A DNA stretch of 64,000 bases from IMG/VR virus record IMGVR_UViG_3300032288_004063. One strand, written 5' to 3'. The first letter of the stretch is position 1, and every line of letters begins with the position of its first letter. The notes under the pieces were generated by a model that was given only the letters and a program-made list of their open reading frames with translations, ran no database searches and was not told where the DNA came from. The position numbers and the translations under genes were made by a program. Positions 21,076-30,203 of this stretch are shown here, piece by piece. This stretch comes from an uncultured virus (IMG/VR IMGVR_UViG_3300032288_004063). Its lineage: Duplodnaviria; Heunggongvirae; Uroviricota; Caudoviricetes.

Positions 21076-21680
21076 TTACACCTGAAATTCTCAAGCAATG
21101 CCTACCAGAAGCAACAATGCAGGCTTGCGAGACATTTGCCGAGCCATTGGCCGAAGCATGTGAAAAATTTGAAATCAATACACCACAAAGACTTGCTGCA
21201 TTCATTGCACAAGTTGGTCACGAAAGCGGAAACCTACGCTTCGTAAAAGAAAACTTGAATTATTCTGCTCAAGGTCTTCGTAAGATATTTCCAAAATATT
21301 TTCCAAATGATCAACTTGCAATGCAGTATCAGCGTAATCCAGAAGCAATCGCAAATCGCGTATATGCAAATCGCATGGGCAATGGACCAGAAGATTCTGG
21401 CGACGGATGGAGATATCGCGGTCGTGGTCTAATTCAATTGACAGGTCATGACAATTATCACAAGTGCATGGCTGATCTAGAAGTAGATGATCCAGAATAC
21501 TTTGAAACTCCAGAAGGTGCAGTCTATTCAGCTTGCTGGTTCTGGAACACACGCAATCTAAATGCAGTAGCTGACACTGGCGATATCAAGAAAATGACCA
21601 AGTTGATCAATGGTGGATTCATTGGTCTTGAAGATCGCATCAAGCATTATCAACACGCACTTCACGTCCTTGGTGGATGA
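21072..21680 (+). CDS. glycoside hydrolase family 19 endolysin
   Basis: AQVGHES, ENLNYS, YRGRGLIQLTG..NY, TKLINGG.IGL.DR. Confidence 0.93.
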   Translation: MITPEILKQCLPEATMQACETFAEPLAEACEKFEINTPQRLAAFIAQVGHESGNLRFVKENLNYSAQGLRKIFPKYFPNDQLAMQYQRNPEAIANRVYANRMGNGPEDSGDGWRYRGRGLIQLTGHDNYHKCMADLEVDDPEYFETPEGAVYSACWFWNTRNLNAVADTGDIKKMTKLINGGFIGLEDRIKHYQHALHVLGG

Positions 21681-22147
21681 TGTTGGGGTTCTTTGCTTCA
21701 AAGGCAATGCTCGTAGTAGTAATCGCTTCTGTAGGTAGTGGCGGTTACTTCTATGTGCAAAGTCTTCGTCATCAACTTCAAGCAGCTGTAGAAGCGCAGC
21801 AGAAACTTGAAGATGCAATTGCTGCAAAAGAACTTGTCATGAACAAGATGAAAGAAGATATCGAAAACATAAGAAAGATAAATTCTGAATTGAATACAAA
21901 GTTTGCAACTGCTCAACGTGATGTTCATGACTTGGAAAAAAAGTTTAGAGATTCGGAAGGTCGTCTAAAGGATTTTTCAAGAGCAGCAGTACAAAATCCA
22001 AAAGCATTGCAAGACAAGATCAATCGTGGTACAAAGTTTGCATTACGATGCAATGAAATTTCTTCTGGCGCACCATTGAAGCCAGAAGATGATGCGAATA
22101 ACATTTGTCAAGAACTGATAAAGAGCAAGAAAGCGGAAAAGAAATGA
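21677..22147 (+). CDS. putative inner-membrane spanin
   Basis: N-terminal TM, coiled coil, C-terminal Cys; follows the endolysin. Confidence 0.7.
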   Translation: MMLGFFASKAMLVVVIASVGSGGYFYVQSLRHQLQAAVEAQQKLEDAIAAKELVMNKMKEDIENIRKINSELNTKFATAQRDVHDLEKKFRDSEGRLKDFSRAAVQNPKALQDKINRGTKFALRCNEISSGAPLKPEDDANNICQELIKSKKAEKK

Positions 22148-22545
22148 ATCGCCTGTTACTATGTGCTACGTTATTGCTTGCGGGATGTGGTGGCGTAGCC
22201 CCAAAGATTGTTGAAAAACCGATACTGGTTGATAGACCTGAGTTGATTGTTCCAGAAGTACAACCAGTGCAACAATATGACTTTGAGTGGATTGTGATTA
22301 CAAGAGAAAACTTCGATAGTGTTGCACGAGACTTGGAAAGTCGTGGACAAACAATCGTTCTATTTGCAATCACACCACAAGGATATCAAAATCTAAGTTT
22401 GAGCATCGCAGAACTTAGAAGATTCATAACACAACAACAGTCTGTGATCGTGTCATACAAGACATACTATGGTAAAAAGACTGAAGAACCAAAAGCAGAA
22501 GAAAAGAAAGAAGAAGAAAAGAAACCATTTTGGAAAATATTCTGA
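22144..22545 (+). CDS. putative outer-membrane spanin lipoprotein
   Basis: lipobox LLAGC, Pro-rich; ATGA overlap with the upstream gene. Confidence 0.7.
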   Translation: MNRLLLCATLLLAGCGGVAPKIVEKPILVDRPELIVPEVQPVQQYDFEWIVITRENFDSVARDLESRGQTIVLFAITPQGYQNLSLSIAELRRFITQQQSVIVSYKTYYGKKTEEPKAEEKKEEEKKPFWKIF

Positions 22546-22554
22546 GGTATTACC

Positions 22555-23046
22555 ATGGCAGTCAATGCAGAAACAGAAGTAAAAACACCTGACGGAAAAC
22601 CAGCTGAAGACTGGATGAGCAAAAGATGGCGACCAATGATGGGTTGGCTATACATGGGAACATGTACAGTTGACTTCATTGTTTTTCCTATTGTTTGGTC
22701 CGTTCTACAAGCAGCAACAGGTCAAAACGTAACACAATGGAATCCAATCACTCTACAGGGTGCTGGACTATATCATCTTGCAATGGGTGCAATATGCGGT
22801 GTCGCCGCATGGTCACGCGGACAAGAAAAGATGGCAGGCTCTGGTATGAGTGGTGGAATGGGTATGGGAATGGGCGGTGGAATGGGTATGGGTAGTGGTG
22901 TGGGTATGGGTATGAATAGATCAATGCCACTAAATAGTACTACACCGACGCCTTCATCATATTCAAGATCTACTGCGTCTACCTCAAAGTCGGTGCTTCC
23001 TGATACTGATATGGAAGACGCAGACAATATGATAAGAAGACGATAA
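22555..23046 (+). CDS. putative holin (WRP-motif type)
   Basis: WRPMMGW, two TMs, R..EK; lysis cassette context. Confidence 0.65.
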   Translation: MAVNAETEVKTPDGKPAEDWMSKRWRPMMGWLYMGTCTVDFIVFPIVWSVLQAATGQNVTQWNPITLQGAGLYHLAMGAICGVAAWSRGQEKMAGSGMSGGMGMGMGGGMGMGSGVGMGMNRSMPLNSTTPTPSSYSRSTASTSKSVLPDTDMEDADNMIRRR

Positions 23047-23057
23047 GGAGAAAACAA

Positions 23058-23228
23058 ATGGAATTTGTAACTAATCTAGTATCACTTCTATGGGCGCTAA
23101 TTTGGACTAAGGAAGCATTTTGGCTAGTCGTTGGACTTCTTGTTGGCTGGAACATTCTTCCACAACCAACTTGGGTAAAAGGTCTGGTTGCAAAAGTACT
23201 TCCTAAAAAAGTAACGTCACCAGAGTGA
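23058..23228 (+). CDS. small membrane protein (56 aa, not in ORF track)
   Basis: AAGGAG RBS; MEFVTNLVSLLWALIW...LPQPTWVK. Confidence 0.7.
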   Translation: MEFVTNLVSLLWALIWTKEAFWLVVGLLVGWNILPQPTWVKGLVAKVLPKKVTSPE

Positions 23229-23239
23229 TATAATAAATC

Positions 23240-23728
23240 ATGGGCGCGGTCAGAAGAAAAACAGACGTAAATACAGACGTAGAACTAATCAAGAAAGATA
23301 TATCTCTAATTACAGATGTATTCAAGAAACTCGATACTACAATAGAAAAACTAGAAGAACTGACCGCGTCCATGACCAAGGTCCTCTCACTTCATGAACA
23401 AAAACTAGAATACCAAGAAAGAAAAGATCAAGAATTGGATAAGCTAATAGAACAAAGACGTACAGAACTACAATCAGACATAAAAGAACTACATTCTCGC
23501 ATAACAACGGTAAATCGTGAATTGCTCGTAAAAATTGAACACACCGAACAAAAAATAACAAATGAAATCAAAGATCTAAAAGAACATATAACAAACGAAC
23601 ACAAGAAACAATCAAACGTAGTGGAACAAATACAACGCTGGAAGTGGATGATTCTTGGTGGGTCAGCCGCAGTAATGTGGCTGATCTCCAGCGTAAACTT
23701 TGCCGCTCTTTCAAAGTTTTTCAAATAA
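23240..23728 (+). CDS. coiled-coil protein with C-terminal TM helix
   Basis: heptad pattern, WKWMILGG TM. Confidence 0.75.
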   Translation: MGAVRRKTDVNTDVELIKKDISLITDVFKKLDTTIEKLEELTASMTKVLSLHEQKLEYQERKDQELDKLIEQRRTELQSDIKELHSRITTVNRELLVKIEHTEQKITNEIKDLKEHITNEHKKQSNVVEQIQRWKWMILGGSAAVMWLISSVNFAALSKFFK

Positions 23729-23729
23729 T

Positions 23730-23758
23730 TTGACTTTACAGCCCTGGTCGTCTATAAT
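23730..23758 (+). promoter_or_regulatory. sigma70-type promoter
   Basis: TTGACT-17bp-TATAAT before the primase gene. Confidence 0.7.
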
Positions 23759-23764
23759 GACGAA

Positions 23765-24766
23765 ATGATGTGGCTAGATAAAAAATACCTAAACTTGATC
23801 TCGCACAAGCTGGAACGCTTTGCGTGGAAAGGCGATAGACTTGCAAACATGAGATGTCCACTATGTGGCGATTCTCATAAGAACAAGTTGAAGGCGCGTG
23901 GTTATGCATTTGAACTCAAGGGAAGCTTGATGTACAAGTGCCACAATTGCTCTGCGTCAATGTCCATTCCAGCATTTGTCAAGATCATGGACGAAACGCT
24001 ATATCGCGAATACATGATGGAAAAGTTTGGTGCCGCCAATAACGCAACGACAAACACAGAACCAAAGCTTGTCATGAAGTCTCCAATCTTTCGTGCAAAG
24101 ATCAATCTACCAACGATTGAATCTCTACAAGAAGAACATTATGCTCGTCAATATATCGCGAATCGTAGGATTCCCAAGGAGTTCTATAATCAGCTATACT
24201 ATGCCGAAGACTTTCGTTCATTCATCGATGAACTATCTCCCGATCATGGCAAAGAATTGAAAAGCGATTCTCGCATCGTGATTCCATTCTATGATGTCAA
24301 AAAGCGTCTAGTTGCTGTGCAAGGTCGTGCATTGGCCGATAACAACAAGATTCGATATATCACCATCAAGGTAGATGAAACATCACCAAAGATCTATGGT
24401 CTTGATCGACTTGATGTTGGTAAGACAACATATGTTGTCGAAGGACCAATCGATTCAATGTTTCTGCCAAATGCAATTGCAATTGCTGGTGCAAATCTGA
24501 TTCAAGTTCGTGAATATATCAATGAAGAGACTGCGGTATTCATTTCCGACAATGAACCGAGAAATAAGGATATCGTTCGTCAGATTGCTCAAAACATAGA
24601 CTCTGGCTTGAAAGTGTGCATCTGGCCATCGACTGTGCAATTGAAAGACATCAATGATTTGATACTTGCTGGTTATACGACGCAACAAATTGTAACATTA
24701 ATCGACGCAAACACACATAGTGGTGTGAAAGCCAAGTTCATGCTCAATCAGTGGAAAAAAATATAA
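23765..24766 (+). CDS. 61: DNA primase (T4 gp61-like)
   Basis: RCPLCGDS..CHNC zinc finger, EGPIDSMF TOPRIM, DNEPRN, KDIND. Confidence 0.95.
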   Translation: MMWLDKKYLNLISHKLERFAWKGDRLANMRCPLCGDSHKNKLKARGYAFELKGSLMYKCHNCSASMSIPAFVKIMDETLYREYMMEKFGAANNATTNTEPKLVMKSPIFRAKINLPTIESLQEEHYARQYIANRRIPKEFYNQLYYAEDFRSFIDELSPDHGKELKSDSRIVIPFYDVKKRLVAVQGRALADNNKIRYITIKVDETSPKIYGLDRLDVGKTTYVVEGPIDSMFLPNAIAIAGANLIQVREYINEETAVFISDNEPRNKDIVRQIAQNIDSGLKVCIWPSTVQLKDINDLILAGYTTQQIVTLIDANTHSGVKAKFMLNQWKKI

Positions 24767-24844
24767 AAAATATTTTTTGTTGATATTTTCTATTTTCATG
24801 ATATAATCGTCATAAGTATACTATCCGCTAATGATGGGTGAATC

Positions 24845-25528
24845 ATGAAAATAGAATTAGTGTCCTACACACAACCAGTGAAGCGATTGCAAGATCAAGG
24901 GATTTCTACACCTGTTGATCTAGTGGCATACTGTGCGCGCGTATCTAATCCAGCAAATCAATTCAACAATGAAACATCAGAGAAACTTGTCAATTACTTG
25001 ATTCGGAACAAGCATTGGTCTCCGCTTCAAATGGTTGACATGACTTTGGAAATTGAAACCACACGCGATATCGCACGACAGATATTGCGTCATCGTTCAT
25101 TTGAATTTCAAGAATTTAGTCAGAGATATGCAGTTGCCGATCTTGGATTTGAATTTAGAGAGGCAAGATATCAAGATACAAAAAATAGACAGAACTCAAC
25201 TGAAATGGATTTGACTGACATTAGTCAAAAAGATACTTATGAAATGTGGAATGAGTATCAAAAAAGACTTTCCGAGATGTCATCAAAGTTTTACAACTGG
25301 GCAATAGCAAATGGTATTGCCAAAGAAGTTGCGCGCTCAGTTCTTCCTGAAGGATTAGTTCTAACTCGCATGTACATGAAGGGATCCCTTCGTTCTTGGG
25401 TCCACTATATAGAACTACGTTCGGCGAACGGAACTCAAAAAGAACATAGGCTAATAGCCATAGAGGCTGCAAAGGTAATATCTCAGGTATTTCCTATCGA
25501 TAAAATTATTTCAACCAATAATCAATAA
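24845..25528 (+). CDS. thyX: FAD-dependent thymidylate synthase
   Basis: HWSP, RHRSF..QEFSQRY, KEVARSVLP. Confidence 0.95.
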   Translation: MKIELVSYTQPVKRLQDQGISTPVDLVAYCARVSNPANQFNNETSEKLVNYLIRNKHWSPLQMVDMTLEIETTRDIARQILRHRSFEFQEFSQRYAVADLGFEFREARYQDTKNRQNSTEMDLTDISQKDTYEMWNEYQKRLSEMSSKFYNWAIANGIAKEVARSVLPEGLVLTRMYMKGSLRSWVHYIELRSANGTQKEHRLIAIEAAKVISQVFPIDKIISTNNQ

Positions 25529-25539
25529 AGAGGCACGAG

Positions 25540-27459
25540 ATGAGTAATTCACTTCCGACACAGTATCAATCCTTTATCCATCTTTCACGATATTCAAGAT
25601 GGTTGCCAGACAAGAACAGAAGAGAAACTTGGTTTGAAACTGTCGGTCGTTACTTTGATTTCTTTGAAGAACACCTAAAGGAAGTTTGCAATTACAAGAT
25701 CAAGCCAGAAGAACGTCGTGAACTGGAAGACGCTGTTCTTAGCCTTGAGATCATGCCATCGATGCGTTGCTTGATGACTGCAGGCGAAGCATTGAAGCGT
25801 GAGAATGTTGCTGGATATAATTGCTCATACGTTGCTGTCGATTCTCCACGTTCGTTCGATGAAATCCTATACATTCTAATGAATGGTACTGGCGTTGGTT
25901 TCTCGGTCGAACAGAAATATACCGATCAACTTCCTATCATCGCTGAAGATTTCTTTGAGACAGACACTACTGTAGTAGTCGGCGATAGCAAGTTGGGATG
26001 GGCAAAGGCACTAAAGGAAATCATTCATCTTCTTTATGGCGGTCAGGTTCCACGTTGGGATGTGTCTAAAGTTAGACCTGCAGGAATGCCATTGAAGACA
26101 TTTGGTGGTCGTGCATCTGGACCAGAGCCACTTGTTTCTCTCTTTGAATTCGTTTCGCGCATCTTCAAGAACGCAGCTGGTCGCAAGTTGACTTCGCTTG
26201 AATGCCACGACATCGTATGCAAGATCGCAGAAATCGTTGTTGTTGGTGGTGTTCGTCGTTCAGCCCTTATTTCATTGTCGGATCTTTCTGACGATGGTAT
26301 GCGTACTGCCAAGTCGGGTATGTGGTGGGAAAACAATCCACAGCGCGCACTAGCAAATAATTCATTCGTTGCAAAACGTAAGCCCGACATGTCTGTATTC
26401 ATGAAGGAATGGTTTGCACTCTATGAGTCTAAGTCGGGCGAGCGAGGAATCTTCTCGCGCACAGCTTCACAGAGCCAAGCAAAGAAGTATGGTCGTCGCA
26501 ATCCAGATTTTGAATTTGGAACGAATCCTTGCTCGGAGATTATTCTCCGCAATCGTGAATTCTGCAATCTAACTGAAGTCGTTGTTCGCGCAAATGATAG
26601 CGCAGTCGATCTTCATCGCAAGATCAGACTTGCAACTATTCTTGGTACATGGCAATCAACATTGACGAACTTCAAGTATCTTCGCAATACATGGAAGAAC
26701 AATTGCGATGAAGAAAGATTGCTTGGCGTATCATTGACTGGTATCATGGACAACGAGATCACGAACGGGAAGAAGGGGCACGAAGAACTGCGTTCGACAT
26801 TGAATGCCATTCGCACTCATGCAGTCACTACAAATACTGAATGGGCAAAGAAGCTAGGCATTCCTCGTTCAGCAGCCATCACTTGTGTAAAGCCATCTGG
26901 AACTGTGTCACAGCTTGTTGACTCGGCATCGGGTATTCATGCTCGTCATGCACCATATTACATTCGTACTGTTCGTGCTGACAAGAAAGACCCATTGGCC
27001 AAGATGATGGTTGATGCAGGATTTCCTGTTGAAGACGATGTGATGAAGCCTGATCACACATATGTCTTTGCATTCCCAATGAAGACGCCAGAAAATGCAG
27101 TATTTCGTAAAGACATGACTGCGATTGAACAACTTGAATTGTGGCTTGAATACCAGCGTCATTTCTGCGAGCATAAGCCTTCTGTCACTATTTCTGTCAA
27201 GGAAGAAGAGTGGATGGAAGTCGGTGCATGGGTCTATGAGCATTTTGATGAAATGTCTGGCGTTTCATTCTTGCCGTTCTCAGATCATGTGTACAAGCAG
27301 GCACCTTATCAAGATTGCACCAAGGAAGAATATGAAGCAATGTTGGCAAAGATGCCAAAGAATGTTGACTGGAGCAAGCTATCAGAGTATGAAAAGCGTG
27401 ATACGACAACTGGAACTCAGGAGCTTTCGTGTACTGCTGGATCCTGTGAGGTGGTGTGA
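25540..27459 (+). CDS. nrdJ: class II (B12-dependent) ribonucleotide reductase
   Basis: PSMR, YNC, GTGVGFS, TNPCSEI, CNLTE, KPSGT, C-terminal CTAGSC; no beta subunit adjacent. Confidence 0.9.
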   Translation: MSNSLPTQYQSFIHLSRYSRWLPDKNRRETWFETVGRYFDFFEEHLKEVCNYKIKPEERRELEDAVLSLEIMPSMRCLMTAGEALKRENVAGYNCSYVAVDSPRSFDEILYILMNGTGVGFSVEQKYTDQLPIIAEDFFETDTTVVVGDSKLGWAKALKEIIHLLYGGQVPRWDVSKVRPAGMPLKTFGGRASGPEPLVSLFEFVSRIFKNAAGRKLTSLECHDIVCKIAEIVVVGGVRRSALISLSDLSDDGMRTAKSGMWWENNPQRALANNSFVAKRKPDMSVFMKEWFALYESKSGERGIFSRTASQSQAKKYGRRNPDFEFGTNPCSEIILRNREFCNLTEVVVRANDSAVDLHRKIRLATILGTWQSTLTNFKYLRNTWKNNCDEERLLGVSLTGIMDNEITNGKKGHEELRSTLNAIRTHAVTTNTEWAKKLGIPRSAAITCVKPSGTVSQLVDSASGIHARHAPYYIRTVRADKKDPLAKMMVDAGFPVEDDVMKPDHTYVFAFPMKTPENAVFRKDMTAIEQLELWLEYQRHFCEHKPSVTISVKEEEWMEVGAWVYEHFDEMSGVSFLPFSDHVYKQAPYQDCTKEEYEAMLAKMPKNVDWSKLSEYEKRDTTTGTQELSCTAGSCEVV

Positions 27460-27620
27460 TGGAGAGAACACTACAATGCGTATCATGCGACTCTGAATAC
27501 ACCATAGAGTATGATGAGGATGCAGTAACGGGCAAAGACTGCTATTGCCCGTTCTGCGGTCATATGTATGACTTTGATGATGCCGAAGAAGATGATTCCT
27601 GGAATGAGGAAGAAGAATAA
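27459..27620 (+). CDS. small zinc-ribbon protein (53 aa, not in ORF track)
   Basis: CVSC...CPFCG, acidic tail; TGATG overlap with nrdJ. Confidence 0.75.
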   Translation: MERTLQCVSCDSEYTIEYDEDAVTGKDCYCPFCGHMYDFDDAEEDDSWNEEEE

Positions 27621-27658
27621 ATAGTCAATATATCTCAATTCTAGAGAGAGAGAGAATC

Positions 27659-28072
27659 ATGAACGACACATTAAATCAATTCAGACGCCGTTTGGCACAG
27701 ATCAATGGCATCAAGCTAGATGAAGCGGCATCAAAACCAGAACACTTAACTCAAGAATACAAGGACAAAATGAAAGAGTTGCAATCCGCAGTTAATAGCA
27801 CAAGAGAGGCAAAAAATGCCGCGAAAATTGCCGCTGAAGAGGCTCATCAAAATCACCAAACAGCAATAGCGGCATTGCGCGCTCATCAGAATATAAATCC
27901 TAATCATTATGATCAAGTTCGAAGAAGAAATGAAGCTGGTATAAAGAAAAGAGCCGATGCAGAGGAAGCAGAACACCAACGCAGGATGAAGACTGATCCA
28001 AAGTATGCTAGACAAGAACGTCGTGCAGAACGTCAAATGGGTAGTTTTGTTAATGCTTGGATGAATAGATAA
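27659..28072 (+). CDS. leader-cassette family protein 1
   Basis: RLAQINGIKLDEA leader; AATAAATA upstream. Confidence 0.8.
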   Translation: MNDTLNQFRRRLAQINGIKLDEAASKPEHLTQEYKDKMKELQSAVNSTREAKNAAKIAAEEAHQNHQTAIAALRAHQNINPNHYDQVRRRNEAGIKKRADAEEAEHQRRMKTDPKYARQERRAERQMGSFVNAWMNR

Positions 28073-28092
28073 ATTTTTTCAGAGAGAGAACC

Positions 28093-28722
28093 ATGGACGA
28101 CACATCAATTCAATACAGAATTCGTTTGGCACAGATCAATGGTATCAAGCTGAATGAAGCAAGAAGTCAGTATGCTACACATGATACTATGACGAAAAAT
28201 TCTTTAGGACAACTTTGGCATAAACATTTTCAGCGCGCACTTGATGCAGCACCCCCTTCAGATAAACTTGAACGCGATGTCGAACATTATCATGGACCAG
28301 AAGCCGCTAAAGATATGAAAAGACACACCAACCTTCTACACTTCAGCGGTGGTTCGGGGCCGAACCGGTTAAGCGCGTTAACCCAAGCTAGAGGATTGAG
28401 AGATAAGCATAACATTCCGCATGACATTTTTGAATCGGTGCAAATGGAACAAATCAATGGCATCAAGCTGAATGAAGCAAAAGAAAAAGATTGGGAACAA
28501 CCTAAACAGGATGATTCATATCATAACATGGAACGTGCATCTGCTATACAGTTATACCATGATGAAATGAGAAACAATACTAGAAACGGGTTATCAAGCA
28601 ATAGAGCACATAAAGAAGCCATGGATGCTGTAGAGAATGAGCATGGTAAATCCGGATTAGATCATCTGCATGGTCATTTTTCGGAGCTAGAATTGAATCG
28701 TAATTCTGAAGAAAACAAATAA
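28093..28722 (+). CDS. leader-cassette family protein 2 (two cargo segments)
   Basis: leader at N-terminus and internal QINGIKLNEA copy. Confidence 0.8.
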   Translation: MDDTSIQYRIRLAQINGIKLNEARSQYATHDTMTKNSLGQLWHKHFQRALDAAPPSDKLERDVEHYHGPEAAKDMKRHTNLLHFSGGSGPNRLSALTQARGLRDKHNIPHDIFESVQMEQINGIKLNEAKEKDWEQPKQDDSYHNMERASAIQLYHDEMRNNTRNGLSSNRAHKEAMDAVENEHGKSGLDHLHGHFSELELNRNSEENK

Positions 28723-28736
28723 TTAGAGAGAGAATC

Positions 28737-29039
28737 ATGGACGACACATCAATTCAATACAGAATCCGTTTGGCACAGATCAATGGTATCAAGCTGGATG
28801 AAGCATTCAGCGATGAACATTTGGATGTGTTGCGTAATACACCCGGTAAAACGCTTGGTGACAAGTTTAATCATTTGGGCCCAGACAAGGCCAGAGAGCT
28901 GATTGAAAAAATCAAGCGCGAACGCACTCAGAATATCAATGCTGGCCAATCGTCATATAAAAATCTCATGCATCACGATCTCGCCATCGGGGCCCACGGG
29001 GCTTGGGTAAGAATTCAACAGAAGCAGAATGATAAATGA
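28737..29039 (+). CDS. leader-cassette family protein 3
   Basis: MDDTSIQYRIRLAQINGIKLDEA. Confidence 0.8.
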   Translation: MDDTSIQYRIRLAQINGIKLDEAFSDEHLDVLRNTPGKTLGDKFNHLGPDKARELIEKIKRERTQNINAGQSSYKNLMHHDLAIGAHGAWVRIQQKQNDK

Positions 29040-29077
29040 ACTAAACAACTGATATAAAATCCATACTATATAATGGT

Positions 29078-29497
29078 ATGGATTATGAAAACCCCTGGCT
29101 TCTAAACGAACAAATTTTTATCTCTGAAATGATAAGCGACCACATCGGATTCGTATATAAAATTACGAATCTTGATAGTGGTCGCTTTTATATTGGCAAA
29201 AAACTCTTTACCCGTGCTGGAAGAAAGCAAGTCAAGGGCAAGAAGAAGAAGATTCGTGTGGAATCTGATTGGAAGAAATATTACTCATCATCAGAAGAAT
29301 TGAATGCGGATGTACAAAAGCTAGGCATTCACAAGTTTCGTAGAGAGATATTGAGACTGTGCAAATCTAGAGGCGAGTTAAACTATTTTGAAGCCAAATA
29401 TCAATTTTCCATGGATGCTCTAGAGTCTGACAACTTTTATAATAATCTAATCATGGTTAGAGTTCATAGATCTCATCTCAAGTTTCTCAAGACTTAA
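29078..29497 (+). CDS. GIY-YIG nuclease-fold protein
   Basis: GFVYKITN...FYIGKK...E. Confidence 0.85.
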   Translation: MDYENPWLLNEQIFISEMISDHIGFVYKITNLDSGRFYIGKKLFTRAGRKQVKGKKKKIRVESDWKKYYSSSEELNADVQKLGIHKFRREILRLCKSRGELNYFEAKYQFSMDALESDNFYNNLIMVRVHRSHLKFLKT

Positions 29498-30070
29498 TTT
29501 TCTCTCCAAAGCCTGTTTTTTTCTACCATCCGTCATTTTTCTTAAATGCTCGGCCGACATTTTTCTACCGGAGGGAACTCCCTTTCTCAAAGTTGAAATT
29601 TTCTTTCGAGTTTCATCTGACCAGAAATATCCCTTCTTACGAGGTTTGCCTTTATTTGCCTCGCTAATTTTTTTTCTATATTCATCAGATTTCATGTATG
29701 ATCTATCTATCTTTCGAAGTTTTTCTACATGCTCTGATGTGTGTTTTCTACCAGTTAATTTTATGCTATGATTTTGACACCATTCTTTCGATCTTAATCC
29801 CGTATTTCCTTCACCACCTTCTGTACGATTTCGAAGAATGCCCGTACCAATATCTTTTCTTCCATACCACAATATGTATCTTCTTTCTAACGCACAAGCG
29901 CCAATATTTGATAGATTGGTTTCCAAAAACACTATTTTGGATTTGTCTTTAGGAACTGGAATATGGTCATGTTTACCAAAAGCTCTTTTGTTTTTTCCTT
30001 TACCTATGTAGTAAGGAGAACCATCTTCGCGCAAATATGCGTAAACGTAAAAGATAAATAAATTTGCCAT
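29447..30070 (-). CDS. GIY-YIG/NUMOD3-type homing endonuclease
   Basis: [24 protein letters not shown](T/W)S.E.R.KIS repeats; antisense insertion with late promoter. Confidence 0.85.
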   Translation of the reverse strand: MANLFIFYVYAYLREDGSPYYIGKGKNKRAFGKHDHIPVPKDKSKIVFLETNLSNIGACALERRYILWYGRKDIGTGILRNRTEGGEGNTGLRSKEWCQNHSIKLTGRKHTSEHVEKLRKIDRSYMKSDEYRKKISEANKGKPRKKGYFWSDETRKKISTLRKGVPSGRKMSAEHLRKMTDGRKKQALERKLSLEKLEMRSMNSNHD

Positions 30071-30139
30071 TGCTGATAGCTCCATTCAAGCTGTTAGAGT
30101 CAGTGGGACTGTCATCCGCGACTGACATTTTTATTTATA
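30071..30139 (-). promoter_or_regulatory. late promoter TATAAATA plus structured 5' leader of endonuclease gene
   Basis: GTCAGT-CGC-GGA..TCC-C-ACTGAC-TCTA, then RBS hairpin. Confidence 0.7.
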
Positions 30140-30203
30140 AAGAATGTGAACTTCAACAAATGAACAAGTGGATACAATGCAAGATAAGAAGATCAAGTAA
30201 GAT

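Noticed and set aside
22838..22915. GGTATG repeat as a regulatory or mobile repeat
   Set aside because: Encodes a Gly-Met low-complexity tail of the holin-like protein
27642..27655. GA microsatellite as a phase-variation tract
   Set aside because: Lies outside the ORF and recurs before each paralog as the purine-rich ribosome-binding region
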